DNA of 64,000 nt from the IMG/VR virus record IMGVR_UViG_3300021400_002728, positions 37,154-101,153 of that record; one strand, written 5' to 3'. The DNA is from a virus. Taxonomy: Duplodnaviria > Heunggongvirae > Uroviricota > Caudoviricetes. The notes under the pieces are model-generated. The model saw only the letters and a program-made list of their open reading frames with translations. It was not told where the DNA came from and did no database searches. This document shows positions 1-9,323 of this stretch, piece after piece. A program made the position numbers and the translations under genes. Each line of letters begins with the position of its first letter. The stretch's first letter is position 1.

Positions 1-184
1 AGTTAATGCACTTATCATCCATAGTATTCCAAATAAGCGTATTAAACTCATTTAATAACTTACGATCTTCACAGTAATAAGATTCTTCTGAATTACATAC
101 AATTACTTTATTACCTTCGATACATATTTTTGTAGCTTCAACCATACATGAGTTATCATTTTTATCTTTAATTAATACTCTCAT
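1..184 (-). CDS. Hypothetical small protein, truncated by the window edge (ATG at 184, no stop before position 1)
   Basis: Own translation of reverse strand: MRVLIKDKNDNSCMVEATKICIEGNKVIVCNSEESYYCEDRKLLNEFNTLIWNTMDDKCIN...; GGAG 6 nt upstream of ATG; absent from ORF track because unterminated. Confidence 0.35.
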   Translation of the reverse strand, partial: MRVLIKDKNDNSCMVEATKICIEGNKVIVCNSEESYYCEDRKLLNEFNTLIWNTMDDKCIN

Positions 185-194
185 GAAAATCTCC

Positions 195-383
195 TTATCT
201 TGTACTAGTCTCTTTACATATCATTAAATTTGGTGTATCTTCACACATTGTAAAATGCTTTTTCATTTTATCTCGTGTATAATCCTCATCACGATTAGTT
301 TCACCTACATCACCTAAGTATTCATCGTCAGAATACATATAATGTTCTATTTCTCTATCTGTAATATTTTTAGACCTTGACAT
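195..383 (-). CDS. Hypothetical small acidic protein (62 aa)
   Basis: ORF track; GGAGG Shine-Dalgarno 8 nt upstream of ATG (tataatGGAGGtaaaaatATG). Confidence 0.5.
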   Translation of the reverse strand: MSRSKNITDREIEHYMYSDDEYLGDVGETNRDEDYTRDKMKKHFTMCEDTPNLMICKETSTR

Positions 384-396
384 ATTTTTACCTCCA

Positions 397-939
397 TTAT
401 ATAAATACTCTCCATATTAAATAACTTTTTATAATATTGATATATTCCTCGTCAGAGTAAAGCTGTAATCGATTTGAGAAACTGTTAAGATTTTCAAATG
501 CGCAATTACTTGCAGCTGTTACTGATGAATAAAAATTTTGATAGGTTATAGTCGACTTATCAAACTTACGAGCAATTTCGAACTCAGCTCTTTCAATAGA
601 CTTATTTAATCTGTCGACTTGTGTCAGTGCCTGAGCAGCTAACTTACCCATATAAGCATCTTCTTCATGAGCTTTTAGTTTTTCTGATAAAGCTGTAACA
701 TCTATCTTAGTAGTAAGAAGCTTGATATGAGTTTTTTCCGGTAAAAAATACTGTGCAGTAGAAATACCAAATCCAGCAGTTAATGCTACACCTATAATAA
801 TTGACATACCTGCTTTAAATATTGAAGCATCAAATAAACTTAATGCAATCAAACCAGGCGAATATGCTACTACTGCAACTCCGGCAATTACACCGGTTTT
901 AATTAAATACTTAATTAGCTTTTTAGTGTTATCATTCAT
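397..939 (-). CDS. Hypothetical membrane protein with coiled-coil C-terminal half
   Basis: ORF track; N-terminal hydrophobic segments (GVIAGVAVVAYSPGLIALSL..IIIGVALTAGFGI); preceded by promoter at 1019-1054. Confidence 0.55.
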   Translation of the reverse strand: MNDNTKKLIKYLIKTGVIAGVAVVAYSPGLIALSLFDASIFKAGMSIIIGVALTAGFGISTAQYFLPEKTHIKLLTTKIDVTALSEKLKAHEEDAYMGKLAAQALTQVDRLNKSIERAEFEIARKFDKSTITYQNFYSSVTAASNCAFENLNSFSNRLQLYSDEEYINIIKSYLIWRVFI

Positions 940-1018
940 TACACATATTTACCTCAACTCAATAATAACAAATGTCATTCTTACAATGACATTATCTAAA
1001 ACATTTTATTCAATTATA

Positions 1019-1054
1019 ACTATATCATGTTTTTATGAACTCGTAAATAGTTTT
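1019..1054 (-). promoter_or_regulatory. Promoter P-a: AAAAAACTATTTACG -N17- TGaTATAGT
   Basis: Family member upstream of 397..939. Confidence 0.55.
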
Positions 1055-1110
1055 TTGAGAAATTTCACAAATTAGGGAAAACATATTTCTATGCTTTCCC
1101 TTTATTTTTC

Positions 1111-1674
1111 TTACCAATACTTTACTATCTCATCATGTAGATTCTGATTGTTAGTATTCTGTGTGTCACTAGGACCCTTATCACTACCTGGATCTCCAAT
1201 AAAATCGTCATTTGCAACGATCATATTTCCAGTTAAGTAGTAGAACTGAATGTAAGGTAAACCAATTGCTTCAGCTCTCTGACCTACAACCGTATTATCT
1301 GTTTCAGTAGTGTCCATAAGTACTTTAGACTTGATATACTCAAATGTACTCTCTGCATCTTCTACACTATTGAATGTGTAGAATGTAATTGTCGGCATAC
1401 TGTCAAACGTATACTTATTTGCAGTAATTTCACCAAATTTTTCAGTTGACGATTTTCCAGCACTAATAATCTTACCTTTTTTCTGAATAGACTCTAAGGT
1501 CATAGCATTAGGATCAATATTAGGTTCAGATTTAGCTTCAGTAGTAGGTGCTGCAGCGTTTTCACTTACAGTACCTGATTTAGACTCAACTACTGCTGTT
1601 TCTTTGGCCGTACAGCCGGCTGTCATGGCTAGTACTAATACTAAAGCAAGGACAGCAATGACTTTGTTCTTCAT
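1111..1674 (-). CDS. Secreted lipoprotein (signal peptide + lipobox MTAGC)
   Basis: MKNKVIAVLALVLVLAMTAGC... typical Gram-positive lipoprotein signal; rest hydrophilic. Confidence 0.6.
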   Translation of the reverse strand: MKNKVIAVLALVLVLAMTAGCTAKETAVVESKSGTVSENAAAPTTEAKSEPNIDPNAMTLESIQKKGKIISAGKSSTEKFGEITANKYTFDSMPTITFYTFNSVEDAESTFEYIKSKVLMDTTETDNTVVGQRAEAIGLPYIQFYYLTGNMIVANDDFIGDPGSDKGPSDTQNTNNQNLHDEIVKYW

Positions 1675-1903
1675 TAGTATAATTTCCTTTCTTCGGTAGT
1701 TTCTCAGAGGTCTCAGGATGACCTCTGGGACACTTGTTAATAAGACATATATGTTTAATAATAGTGAAATAAATATCGATTATGTCTTAATCCATGAAAG
1801 AAATGTCTTACTTTCTTATGGGTTTCATTTCGTTCAACTAAATTCCTTTTAGCAAACTTAATATGCACAAATTTATTCTCCCTCCGTAAAAAGGCATCCA
1901 ATA

Positions 1904-1925
1904 GGGTATCAAATAATTGATACCC
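1904..1925. terminator. Perfect hairpin GGGTATCAA-ATAA-TTGATACCC followed by TATTTTTT on the plus strand (plus-oriented or bidirectional terminator) just beyond the stop of 1940..2215
   Basis: Seen in sequence; on minus RNA the stem is preceded by A-tract rather than followed by U-tract. Confidence 0.4.
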
Positions 1926-1939
1926 TATTTTTTACCTAT

Positions 1940-2215
1940 TTAATTGTTTCTAATAGCTTCGAGTCTAGCTCTACACTCTGCTTTCTGCTCTTCAGTCAAT
2001 ATCTTTGGTGCACGGAATGAAAGTAACTTTTTCGGAAATTCATATGTCTTAGAAAGTTCATCTTCTTTCACAACCTTATATGTATCAGGATATTTTTCTA
2101 CTAGAGCATCAAGCTTGCGCATGTACACAGGATCTGCAGTATAAACTGAGGCGATTTTAGTATCAGCATCGGTTGTAACTATCGTTTCCTGCTCACATCT
2201 TAATAAATGTACCAT
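1940..2215 (-). CDS. Hypothetical protein (start moved to Met36 of the track ORF; AAGGAG 6 nt upstream, translationally coupled to upstream topoisomerase gene)
   Basis: Track ORF 1940..2320 overlaps the GyrA-like gene by ~95 nt; internal ATG at 2213-2215 has perfect SD AAGGAG and follows the GyrA-like stop (2226-2228). Confidence 0.5.
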   Translation of the reverse strand: MVHLLRCEQETIVTTDADTKIASVYTADPVYMRKLDALVEKYPDTYKVVKEDELSKTYEFPKKLLSFRAPKILTEEQKAECRARLEAIRNN

Positions 2216-2225
2216 ACGCAACTCC

Positions 2226-4319
2226 TTACACTGAATGTACTTCAGTAATCTCTTCGTCTTTCTTAAGGCCGATAATTCTCTTTCCACCGGCTCCTCTTCC
2301 CTGAGGCTTACCCGCTTCAACTAATTCTTTACGACCCTTGTTTGTAGTAATTTCGATTTGTTCTTTAACATCTTTAAGAAGTTTAATTGCGATAATCTCG
2401 TCTGTGTCAGACTTAAGACCACATACTACTGCACCGTTGTTCTTACTAATAAGAAGTGATGACTTAACTTCACCCATCTTACCATAACCTTCCTTAGTAA
2501 CGAAGTATACGTATGGAAGATCAAGATCTTCAGTGTAGATAGCAATAATCTGCTCATCGTCACGAATATTCTTATTGATGTCTCTAATAGGTGTACCTGA
2601 AGCAGTAGGTAAGCACTTATCAATCTGGTTAGGCCAAATCTTGTACATGTTACCTTTGTTAGATACAACCACAAATCTATTGTTGCCCTGAACTTTAATG
2701 TTCTTTGCATCTTCTTCAGTCTGACGGAACTTCATAACGTCAATCTTCTTGAGACAATTCTCAGAAGTAAGAACAATCATGAACTCTTTCTTAGGCTTAA
2801 GTGATTCAGGCTTAGCGATCTTAGCAGGTCTGTTTTCATCTGAAGAGTTATCAATAACTACATCAATAACTTCAGTCTTACGTTCCCATGCGTATTTCTC
2901 GATAAGAGCATTGAATCTGCCAAGGAAGTATTTTTCCTGAGACTTCTTATTTACCATAAGATCTTCATTAAGCTTCTTCTGCTTTTCAAGCTGCTTCTTT
3001 TCGTCATGAAGCTTAACCTGCTCAAGATTAGCTAATCTACCAAGAGGTGTATGAACAATGTAATCTGCCTGACGCTCAGTGAACTTATATTTCTTCATTT
3101 CCATGATAGCGTGTTTAGCATCTTCCATTGATTTTGACTTCTTAATAGTAGCAATAATCTCATCAATGATTTCGAGAGCATTAAGTAAACCATCAAGTAA
3201 TTCAAGTCTAGAGTTAATCTCATCGAGATTATACTTAGCTTCTTTAATTACAAGAGCAATGTTACCCTTGACGAATGTTTCCATATAGTGCTGGAATGTA
3301 ACAAGCACTGGCTTACCAGATTCATCAACGGCTTTATGTTCATCAGAGATATTGATCTGAAGACAAGTCTTCTTGAATAACTGATCAAGTGTATATTCAG
3401 CAGTGCCTTCTTCACACTCAACGTCAATCTTAAAGCCCTTCTTACCGCACAAATTACTTACATCAGTAATAGTGTTTGCATTATTGCTAATATATTTCTT
3501 AACATCATCAATAAACTGCTCAGGATAAACCTGATAAGGAAGTGAGAGAATATGAATTGTATTACCCTCAATTTCAGTCTTACCTCTAAGACGAATAGTA
3601 CCTTTACCCGTTTCGTAAAGAGCCTTCATATCAGACTTATTTACAATAACACCGCCTGTAGGAAAGTCAGGGAAGATATTAGAACAATCAGTTTTACCAG
3701 TCTTAAGGTAATTCTCTAACTGTTCCTTGAACTCAAATAAGTTACCAGAACTCCAAGAGTTTGAAACAGTATAACCCATACCAGAAGTATTAGTAATGAA
3801 AAGAAGCGGAAGTAATGCCTGCCAATTCTTAAGAATAGGCTCATCTTCCTCTTCAAGATAGTTGAGACCCATGTCAAGAAGTTTTGTATTATAGAACAAT
3901 ACGTCTTCTGCAAACTTGGAAAGTCTCATCTCAGTGTATCTTGCAGCACCAGGTGTAGGACCACCAATTGCTGAACCAAATGAACCGTGTCCGTCAATAT
4001 AAGGAATATGGTAAATATAATCTGCTGCCATACGAGCAAGAGAACCATAAGATCCACCGTGAGGTGAGAAGGACATTACTTCACCTTCTACCTTAGCAGA
4101 CTTAGTATATGGCTTATTAGATCTACGACCATTTACCCACATTGCCCAAAGAGCATGTCCAGCGATAGGCTTAAAACCTGGAGCTAAATACGCAAATGCA
4201 CGATGTAAGTTAACTTCATTTGCATAGACAACGAAGTCCTTACTCATTTCATCTTTAAGATTCATCTGTCGTAACTTAAATGCAACAGGTGTATCTTCAG
4301 TATGTTTTACTCTTGCCAT
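2226..4319 (-). CDS. Type II DNA topoisomerase, A (breakage-reunion, GyrA/ParC/T4 gp52-like) subunit
   Basis: Catalytic Tyr motif GAARYTEMRLSKFAE (cf. GyrA AAMRYTEIRL); SFSPHGGSYGSLARMAADYIYHIPYIDGHGSFGS (cf. GyrA YHPHGDSAVYDTIVRMAQ..LVDGQGNFGS); 697 aa. Confidence 0.9.
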   Translation of the reverse strand: MARVKHTEDTPVAFKLRQMNLKDEMSKDFVVYANEVNLHRAFAYLAPGFKPIAGHALWAMWVNGRRSNKPYTKSAKVEGEVMSFSPHGGSYGSLARMAADYIYHIPYIDGHGSFGSAIGGPTPGAARYTEMRLSKFAEDVLFYNTKLLDMGLNYLEEEDEPILKNWQALLPLLFITNTSGMGYTVSNSWSSGNLFEFKEQLENYLKTGKTDCSNIFPDFPTGGVIVNKSDMKALYETGKGTIRLRGKTEIEGNTIHILSLPYQVYPEQFIDDVKKYISNNANTITDVSNLCGKKGFKIDVECEEGTAEYTLDQLFKKTCLQINISDEHKAVDESGKPVLVTFQHYMETFVKGNIALVIKEAKYNLDEINSRLELLDGLLNALEIIDEIIATIKKSKSMEDAKHAIMEMKKYKFTERQADYIVHTPLGRLANLEQVKLHDEKKQLEKQKKLNEDLMVNKKSQEKYFLGRFNALIEKYAWERKTEVIDVVIDNSSDENRPAKIAKPESLKPKKEFMIVLTSENCLKKIDVMKFRQTEEDAKNIKVQGNNRFVVVSNKGNMYKIWPNQIDKCLPTASGTPIRDINKNIRDDEQIIAIYTEDLDLPYVYFVTKEGYGKMGEVKSSLLISKNNGAVVCGLKSDTDEIIAIKLLKDVKEQIEITTNKGRKELVEAGKPQGRGAGGKRIIGLKKDEEITEVHSV

Positions 4320-4340
4320 ATTTATTCTCCTTATACTACT

Positions 4341-4376
4341 ATTATATCATAGTGTAATTTACAATTAAATAGTTTT
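4341..4376 (-). promoter_or_regulatory. Promoter P-b (variant -35 TTTAAT): AAAACTATTTAAT -N17- TGaTATAAT upstream of GyrA-like gene
   Basis: Family member. Confidence 0.55.
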
Positions 4377-4384
4377 AGAAAATT

Positions 4385-4414
4385 CTCAGAGAGACTTTAA
4401 CATCTCTCTGAGAT
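4385..4414 (-). terminator. Perfect 11-bp inverted repeat (TCTCAGAGAGA/TCTCTCTGAGA, 8-nt loop) flanked by T-runs on both strands; putative bidirectional intrinsic terminator after the GyrB-like gene
   Basis: Seen in sequence 6 nt after stop of 4421..6334; minus-strand RNA gives stem followed by AAUUUUCUA. Confidence 0.6.
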
Positions 4415-4420
4415 TTTAAC

Positions 4421-6334
4421 TTATTCATCGTAATCTGTACAATGATCTTCAAGATACAAACGTCTAGGTTCAACGTCAGCACCCTTGAATATTTCGAGAT
4501 ACTCATTGAACTCTTCCATATTGTCAGTTACAAGCTGAACAAGATCACGAGTTTCAGGATTTACTAATTGCTCATATGCTTCATCCTGTGTAAGTTCACC
4601 AAGTCCCTTAGCACGAGATAACTTATAGGGTTTCTTGTTATTCTTCTTGAAGTTCTCTAACTCAGCATCAGTCTGGAATATCTCGTATGTATCATCATTA
4701 AAGGTAACCTTAAACAATGCACCATGTACACGATAAATATGTCCGTTTTCAATGAGTTCAGGACACAACCAGTTGAATACAGTAAGAAGAAGCAATGCGA
4801 TATCATATCCATCAGCATCCTCATCAGTAGCAATAATGATATACTGATAACGTAACTTCTTAGGATCATAAATCAACTTACCAGTAGATTTATCAATATC
4901 AAGACCTAACGCCTTAACAATATTTGCGATTTCAGCATTACCAAGAACTTTATCAGGTGCAGCTTTCTGACAACAAAGAATCTTACCTCTAATAGGGAAG
5001 CAAGCCTGGAACTCAGAATCTTTAACTGCATTGATTGAAGATCCAGCAGAATCACCTTCTACTATATATAACTCACAACGAGAACGATCTTTCTTATTCT
5101 TAGGATATGCATCTGAAAGCTTAGAAGGAAGATCAACGAAAATAGATTTCTTATTAACCTTACCTGCGTCACGAATCTTTTCCTTAGCTTTCTGAGCAGC
5201 TTCTCTTGCACGTCTTGCCTGAAGAGCTCTCTCAACGATGATCTTTGCATCACCTGGATTGTTAATCAACCATGTAGCAAAATCACCACCAACTACTGAG
5301 TTAATGATCTTAGCATCAATATCATCGATACGAGATTTGTTCTGAGCATCATACTTAGCCGTTGTTGTAGTCATGTTACATACTACATAAAGACCTTCAG
5401 CAATTTCTGCATTATTGAAGTTTCTATCATTCTTCTTAAGAAGACCTACATCAGTAGCATACTTGTTAACTGCCTTAACGAAAGCAGTATGGAATGCTTT
5501 GATATGCTCACCTGCATCAGTAAGACCAAGATTTACATAAGCATCAATGCTTTCTGCATAATCTGAAGTGTATGTGATACAGATATTAAGTCTATCTTTA
5601 CCAATTGCGCGATCCATAACGAATCTGTTTGAGAAGAGTTCTTTACCTTTAACCTTACGATCAACATAAGCGTTGATACCACCAGGCTCAGAGAACTTCA
5701 TCTCTGTTCCATCCAAAGTGAACTCAATAGTAAGTTCAGGACAGAGCGCTGCAATTACTTCGAAATGTGATTTAAGTAAAGCATCATCAGGAATATTTTC
5801 CCCAAAGAACTGAGGATCTGGATGCCAGGTTACGATTGTACCTGAATCATGTTTTGCCTTACCAACTTTTCTCTTCTTAAAGATACCATCAACGAAGTCC
5901 AGTTCCTCAAACTGACCATCACGATAAGTAATAACATTAAGACTAGAACTCAACCAGTTAGTAAGTTTTGCACCAATACCATTAAGACCAAGTGCTGTAC
6001 CTTCGTAAACACCATCTGCAGAAGTCTTACCTGAAGTATTGAGCTTGTCAAAAGATCTCTGAAGAATGGTTTCTCCATCTTCATCAATACCAGCATTTAC
6101 GATGAATCCCTGACCATTATCTTCAACAATATAAGTATTTGTCTTTGTGTCGATAGTAATCTTTATCTTATTACCATGACCAATAGCATGTTCATCGACT
6201 GCATTGGCAAAGATCTCTTTAACGAGGTTAGTATTCTTCTTACTAGAACCAAGATAAGTACTTGGTACTCTTCGAGTAAATTCTCTCGGAGTTTCAGTAA
6301 CAATACTGTCTTCGGTATATAGATTTTTACCCAT
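4421..6334 (-). CDS. Type II DNA topoisomerase, B (ATPase GHKL + TOPRIM, GyrB/T4 gp39-like) subunit
   Basis: GLNGIGAKLTN (GHKL G2 box), TOPRIM ELYIVEGDSAGSS...PIRGKILC, IIATDEDADGYDIALLLLTVF (cf. GyrB [20 protein letters not shown]). Confidence 0.9.
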   Translation of the reverse strand: MGKNLYTEDSIVTETPREFTRRVPSTYLGSSKKNTNLVKEIFANAVDEHAIGHGNKIKITIDTKTNTYIVEDNGQGFIVNAGIDEDGETILQRSFDKLNTSGKTSADGVYEGTALGLNGIGAKLTNWLSSSLNVITYRDGQFEELDFVDGIFKKRKVGKAKHDSGTIVTWHPDPQFFGENIPDDALLKSHFEVIAALCPELTIEFTLDGTEMKFSEPGGINAYVDRKVKGKELFSNRFVMDRAIGKDRLNICITYTSDYAESIDAYVNLGLTDAGEHIKAFHTAFVKAVNKYATDVGLLKKNDRNFNNAEIAEGLYVVCNMTTTTAKYDAQNKSRIDDIDAKIINSVVGGDFATWLINNPGDAKIIVERALQARRAREAAQKAKEKIRDAGKVNKKSIFVDLPSKLSDAYPKNKKDRSRCELYIVEGDSAGSSINAVKDSEFQACFPIRGKILCCQKAAPDKVLGNAEIANIVKALGLDIDKSTGKLIYDPKKLRYQYIIIATDEDADGYDIALLLLTVFNWLCPELIENGHIYRVHGALFKVTFNDDTYEIFQTDAELENFKKNNKKPYKLSRAKGLGELTQDEAYEQLVNPETRDLVQLVTDNMEEFNEYLEIFKGADVEPRRLYLEDHCTDYDE

Positions 6335-6368
6335 TACTAATTTCCTTTCTACAATAAATTACTATTTT

Positions 6369-6404
6369 ATTATATCATGTTGTATATACTTTGTAAATAG
6401 TTTT
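6369..6404 (-). promoter_or_regulatory. Promoter P-c: AAAACTATTTACA -N17- TGaTATAAT upstream of GyrB-like gene
   Basis: Family member; -35 region overlaps stop codon of gmk-like gene. Confidence 0.65.
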
Positions 6405-6927
6405 ATGAAAAAACTGTCTGAGGTTCAATTTCTTTCTTATAATTAAGGATCTCATTTACAATTGTAGGAATATCTTGAGTAGCGTCAATAATAAGATCGC
6501 ACATACTATTGAAGTTTCTGAACATGTACCAATCATTATCAAGTCTACCTAAAATATCAGGTCCTTTATCACCTCTGGCTAACATTCTAGAAGCACAATC
6601 ACAAGGTTCAAGATCAAGACCAATTACCTTAAACTTCGTATATCCATTTTCCTTAAGAGTTTCAATACCGGCAGGATCTACAATATAGAAGTCACATCCA
6701 TCAAGCATTTCTCCAGTTACGCAGTAATCATAACCGTTGAAATGAGTATAAGCAACCTTATTAACAAGTTTATCAAACTCATCTATTGTAATGTAGGTAT
6801 GACCACCTTCGCCTGGATAACGAGGAGGCCTAGTTGTGTAACTGTCAGGTGATTTATATCCAAGCTTATTAAGCTCAGATACTACTGTACTCTTACCACA
6901 ACCACTTGGTCCAATTATACAATATAA
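6403..6927 (-). CDS. gmk: Guanylate kinase-like P-loop nucleoside monophosphate kinase (start moved to MLYCIIGPSG; AAGGAG 8 nt upstream)
   Basis: P-loop IGPSGCGKST plus guanylate-kinase signature YTTRPPRYPGEGGHTYITIDEF (T-T-R-x-P-R-x-x-E-x-x-G-x-x-Y-x-F). Confidence 0.75.
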   Translation of the reverse strand, partial: LYCIIGPSGCGKSTVVSELNKLGYKSPDSYTTRPPRYPGEGGHTYITIDEFDKLVNKVAYTHFNGYDYCVTGEMLDGCDFYIVDPAGIETLKENGYTKFKVIGLDLEPCDCASRMLARGDKGPDILGRLDNDWYMFRNFNSMCDLIIDATQDIPTIVNEILNYKKEIEPQTVFS

Positions 6928-6965
6928 CATACACATTTCTCCTTTTATTCGTAAATAGTCCTTCA

Positions 6966-7429
6966 TTAGATATAATGAAAACCTTTTAATGTTCTTAAGT
7001 AACAAGTCATATTAGGATGCTTAACTGAACTATCAAAAATAGGCCAATCATCACCTTCCTTGACTCTCATAATTGCAGCAGCGACGCCAGCACTACGTGA
7101 GACTCCGCCGTCACAATGAACTATAATATCTTCTACTTTATCATACCATTGAGCAATAAAATTAGCTACTTTATCACCATCCTCGAATGACATACAAAAT
7201 TCTTTACCATCAATAACATCTTCTTTTTCTACATCATCGAAAGATAGCGATAAAATAGCTAGTACTTTGTTTTGATCAGAAATAAAGACCTGCGGCATTG
7301 TCTTATCCCAACTAGACCTAATTGAAATAATTAATGAAGTTCTATCATGTTTCTTTGTACAATATTCTTCGCATTTTTTACGACTAAATATTTTGTACTT
7401 ATTTTTAACTTCCTTTGACAAAAACATCT
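6966..7429 (-). CDS. Protein tyrosine/dual-specificity phosphatase (CX5R)
   Basis: Active-site signature VHCDGGVSRSAGVAAA (HCxxGxxRS); start moved to MFLSKEV (AAGGAG-8nt-ATG at 7427-7429) immediately after FtsH stop. Confidence 0.75.
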
Positions 7430-7431
7430 CT

Positions 7432-9279
7432 TTACTCCTTAAATAGCTCTTCGATCTCTTTACCACTTAAAGTTTCAACTTCAAGCAATTTTTTAGCAAG
7501 CTTTTCTACTTTATCATAATTTTCTTTAAGTAACTTTTTACATTCATTATATCTGTCTTTTGACATATTACTAAGTCGTTTAGTAAGATCTTTACCATCG
7601 ACTAAGTGAGTTTTACTTAATACTGAAATATCAAGTAAACCAAAATCATCATCAAATCCAAGATTTTCAATATATTGAGTCATACAATCAGTAGCTTGTG
7701 TAATATCATTTGAAGCACCAGTAGTAATAGATTCAAATTTAATTTCTTCAGAAGCTCTACCTGCATAACAAATCATTATTCTATGTTCAAAATCTTGTTT
7801 GGTGAGAAATACTGTTTCTTTATCAGCATTAATAACTGCACCACCAACACCAGATACTGTAGACTGAATACTCGCTCTTGCAATTGGTTCATTAAGTAAA
7901 TAGCTCATAACTGCGTGTCCAGCTTCATGGTATGCAATAATTTCTTTATCTTTAAGAAATTTCTCTTTCTTAGATCTATTACCTTTAAACTGTTTCTTAT
8001 CAATTGCCTCTTCAATACATGCACGATCAATAGCATCTTTATCAGTCATAACTGCAATAATAGACGCCTCATTGCATATAGCTTCAATATCTGCGCCAGT
8101 AAATCCAGAAATCTGTTTACTAATTTCTTCAAGATCATCTTTTAACTTATCATCGATTGTATATCTCTTTAAGTGATGTTCGAATAATTCTAATCGTTCT
8201 TGCCAATTTCTTGGTGGCATTACAATTATCTGTCTATCAAATCTACCTGCACGAACTAATGCTTTATCTAATGCATCAGGTCTATTAGTAGCCGCAATTA
8301 TAAAAATTCCTTCTCTACCAGTAAAACCATCCATTTCTTGAAGTAAAGCATCTATAGTTTGTTCATGCTCTGAGGTGCCTTTACCATTATCTCTATCAGT
8401 ACCAACTGCGTCTATTTCATCAATAAACACAATACAAGGTGCATTCTGTTTTGCGAGTTTGAATAGACCACGAACATTCTTTGCACCTACACCAACAAAT
8501 CTATCAATAAATTTAGAAGCATTCTGATATAAGAATGGCACATCAGCTTCACCAGCAATAGCTTTTGCTAGAAGTGTTTTACCACATCCAGGTGGTCCAC
8601 TAAATAAAATTCCTTTTGGTAGTTGTGCTCCTATTTTATCACCTATCTTAGGATTCTTCATAAGTTTAGTAATAAATTTTAAGTCATCTATAATTTCATC
8701 GTGTCCAATGACATCTTCAAATTTTTTAGTGCTCGTTTGAATAATATCCTCAGGTTTAACATCAGTAAAAACAGTTGACTTTAACATAACTACTAATACT
8801 ATTATCCATATAATTGGAAACGCCACAGACATAAAGGTTTCCATAATTTTAATAACAGTGGTATCTTCATTAGTTACGTTTAGAATAACACCATATTCTA
8901 GCAAATTCATTCTAAAATTATCACCACCAGGATATAATACCTGACGTTTATCAGCATTGGTATAGCCAGTATACTCATCTCGTTCTTGAATTGACATTTT
9001 TCTAGTTTCATCATTATATAAAGTAAATGTCATCCATTTATTATTCTTATTATAATCTACTGTATCTATATCACCTGCTTCTAGATAGTCTAGAAATTCA
9101 TCATATGATACTTTCTGAATATTAGTTTGTTTAGAAGCATCAATTCTAGTATATATAAAAGAAATAGTGAGCATTAACATTGCTACAGCTAATATCCAAT
9201 TTTTATACTTATGTATAAATTCTTTAGCTTTTTTCAATATAATAGTCTCCCTTCTAACAAAATAAAAGAGAGCTAGCAT
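7432..9279 (-). CDS. ftsH: FtsH-like membrane AAA+ ATPase / zinc metalloprotease
   Basis: N-terminal TM helices; Walker A GPPGCGKT; Walker B/SRH region; zinc site HEAGHAV; C-terminal ITTGASNDITQAT characteristic of FtsH protease domain; possible TTG start with AGAAGGGAG SD. Confidence 0.9.
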   Translation of the reverse strand: MLALFYFVRRETIILKKAKEFIHKYKNWILAVAMLMLTISFIYTRIDASKQTNIQKVSYDEFLDYLEAGDIDTVDYNKNNKWMTFTLYNDETRKMSIQERDEYTGYTNADKRQVLYPGGDNFRMNLLEYGVILNVTNEDTTVIKIMETFMSVAFPIIWIIVLVVMLKSTVFTDVKPEDIIQTSTKKFEDVIGHDEIIDDLKFITKLMKNPKIGDKIGAQLPKGILFSGPPGCGKTLLAKAIAGEADVPFLYQNASKFIDRFVGVGAKNVRGLFKLAKQNAPCIVFIDEIDAVGTDRDNGKGTSEHEQTIDALLQEMDGFTGREGIFIIAATNRPDALDKALVRAGRFDRQIIVMPPRNWQERLELFEHHLKRYTIDDKLKDDLEEISKQISGFTGADIEAICNEASIIAVMTDKDAIDRACIEEAIDKKQFKGNRSKKEKFLKDKEIIAYHEAGHAVMSYLLNEPIARASIQSTVSGVGGAVINADKETVFLTKQDFEHRIMICYAGRASEEIKFESITTGASNDITQATDCMTQYIENLGFDDDFGLLDISVLSKTHLVDGKDLTKRLSNMSKDRYNECKKLLKENYDKVEKLAKKLLEVETLSGKEIEELFKE

Positions 9280-9309
9280 TCAAAGAATACTAGTTCTCTT
9301 CTTATATTA

Positions 9310-9322
9310 TTAAATAGCTCTT
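9310..9322 (-). promoter_or_regulatory. Conserved element 2 (minus-strand reading AAGAGCTATTTAAT) directly after the serpin stop codon
   Basis: One of 4 intergenic copies (9310, 14944, 27340, 60657), all within 0-6 nt after a stop codon; no sigma70 -10 at proper spacing. Confidence 0.3.
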
Positions 9323-9323
9323 A

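Noticed and set aside
1705-1727. 8-bp hairpin CAGAGGTC/GACCTCTG as a terminator
   Set aside because: No U/T-run on either side; kept only as part of the structured noncoding region.
1944-2144. 66-aa plus-strand ORF near the plus-oriented hairpin
   Set aside because: Overlaps the minus-strand gene 1940..2215; no RBS; Ser/Leu-rich antisense-type sequence.
6949-6960. Partial promoter motif GGACTATTTACG between phosphatase stop and gmk-like start
   Set aside because: Only the -35-like core matches. The gene start with its SD lies 20 nt downstream, leaving no room for a -10 box; likely chance or vestigial.
7439-7451. Copy of element 2 (GAAGAGCTATTTAAG) inside the FtsH coding sequence
   Set aside because: It is in-frame coding sequence (EELFKE) that merges into the SD of the next gene; probably coincidence, though noted under the element-2 finding.
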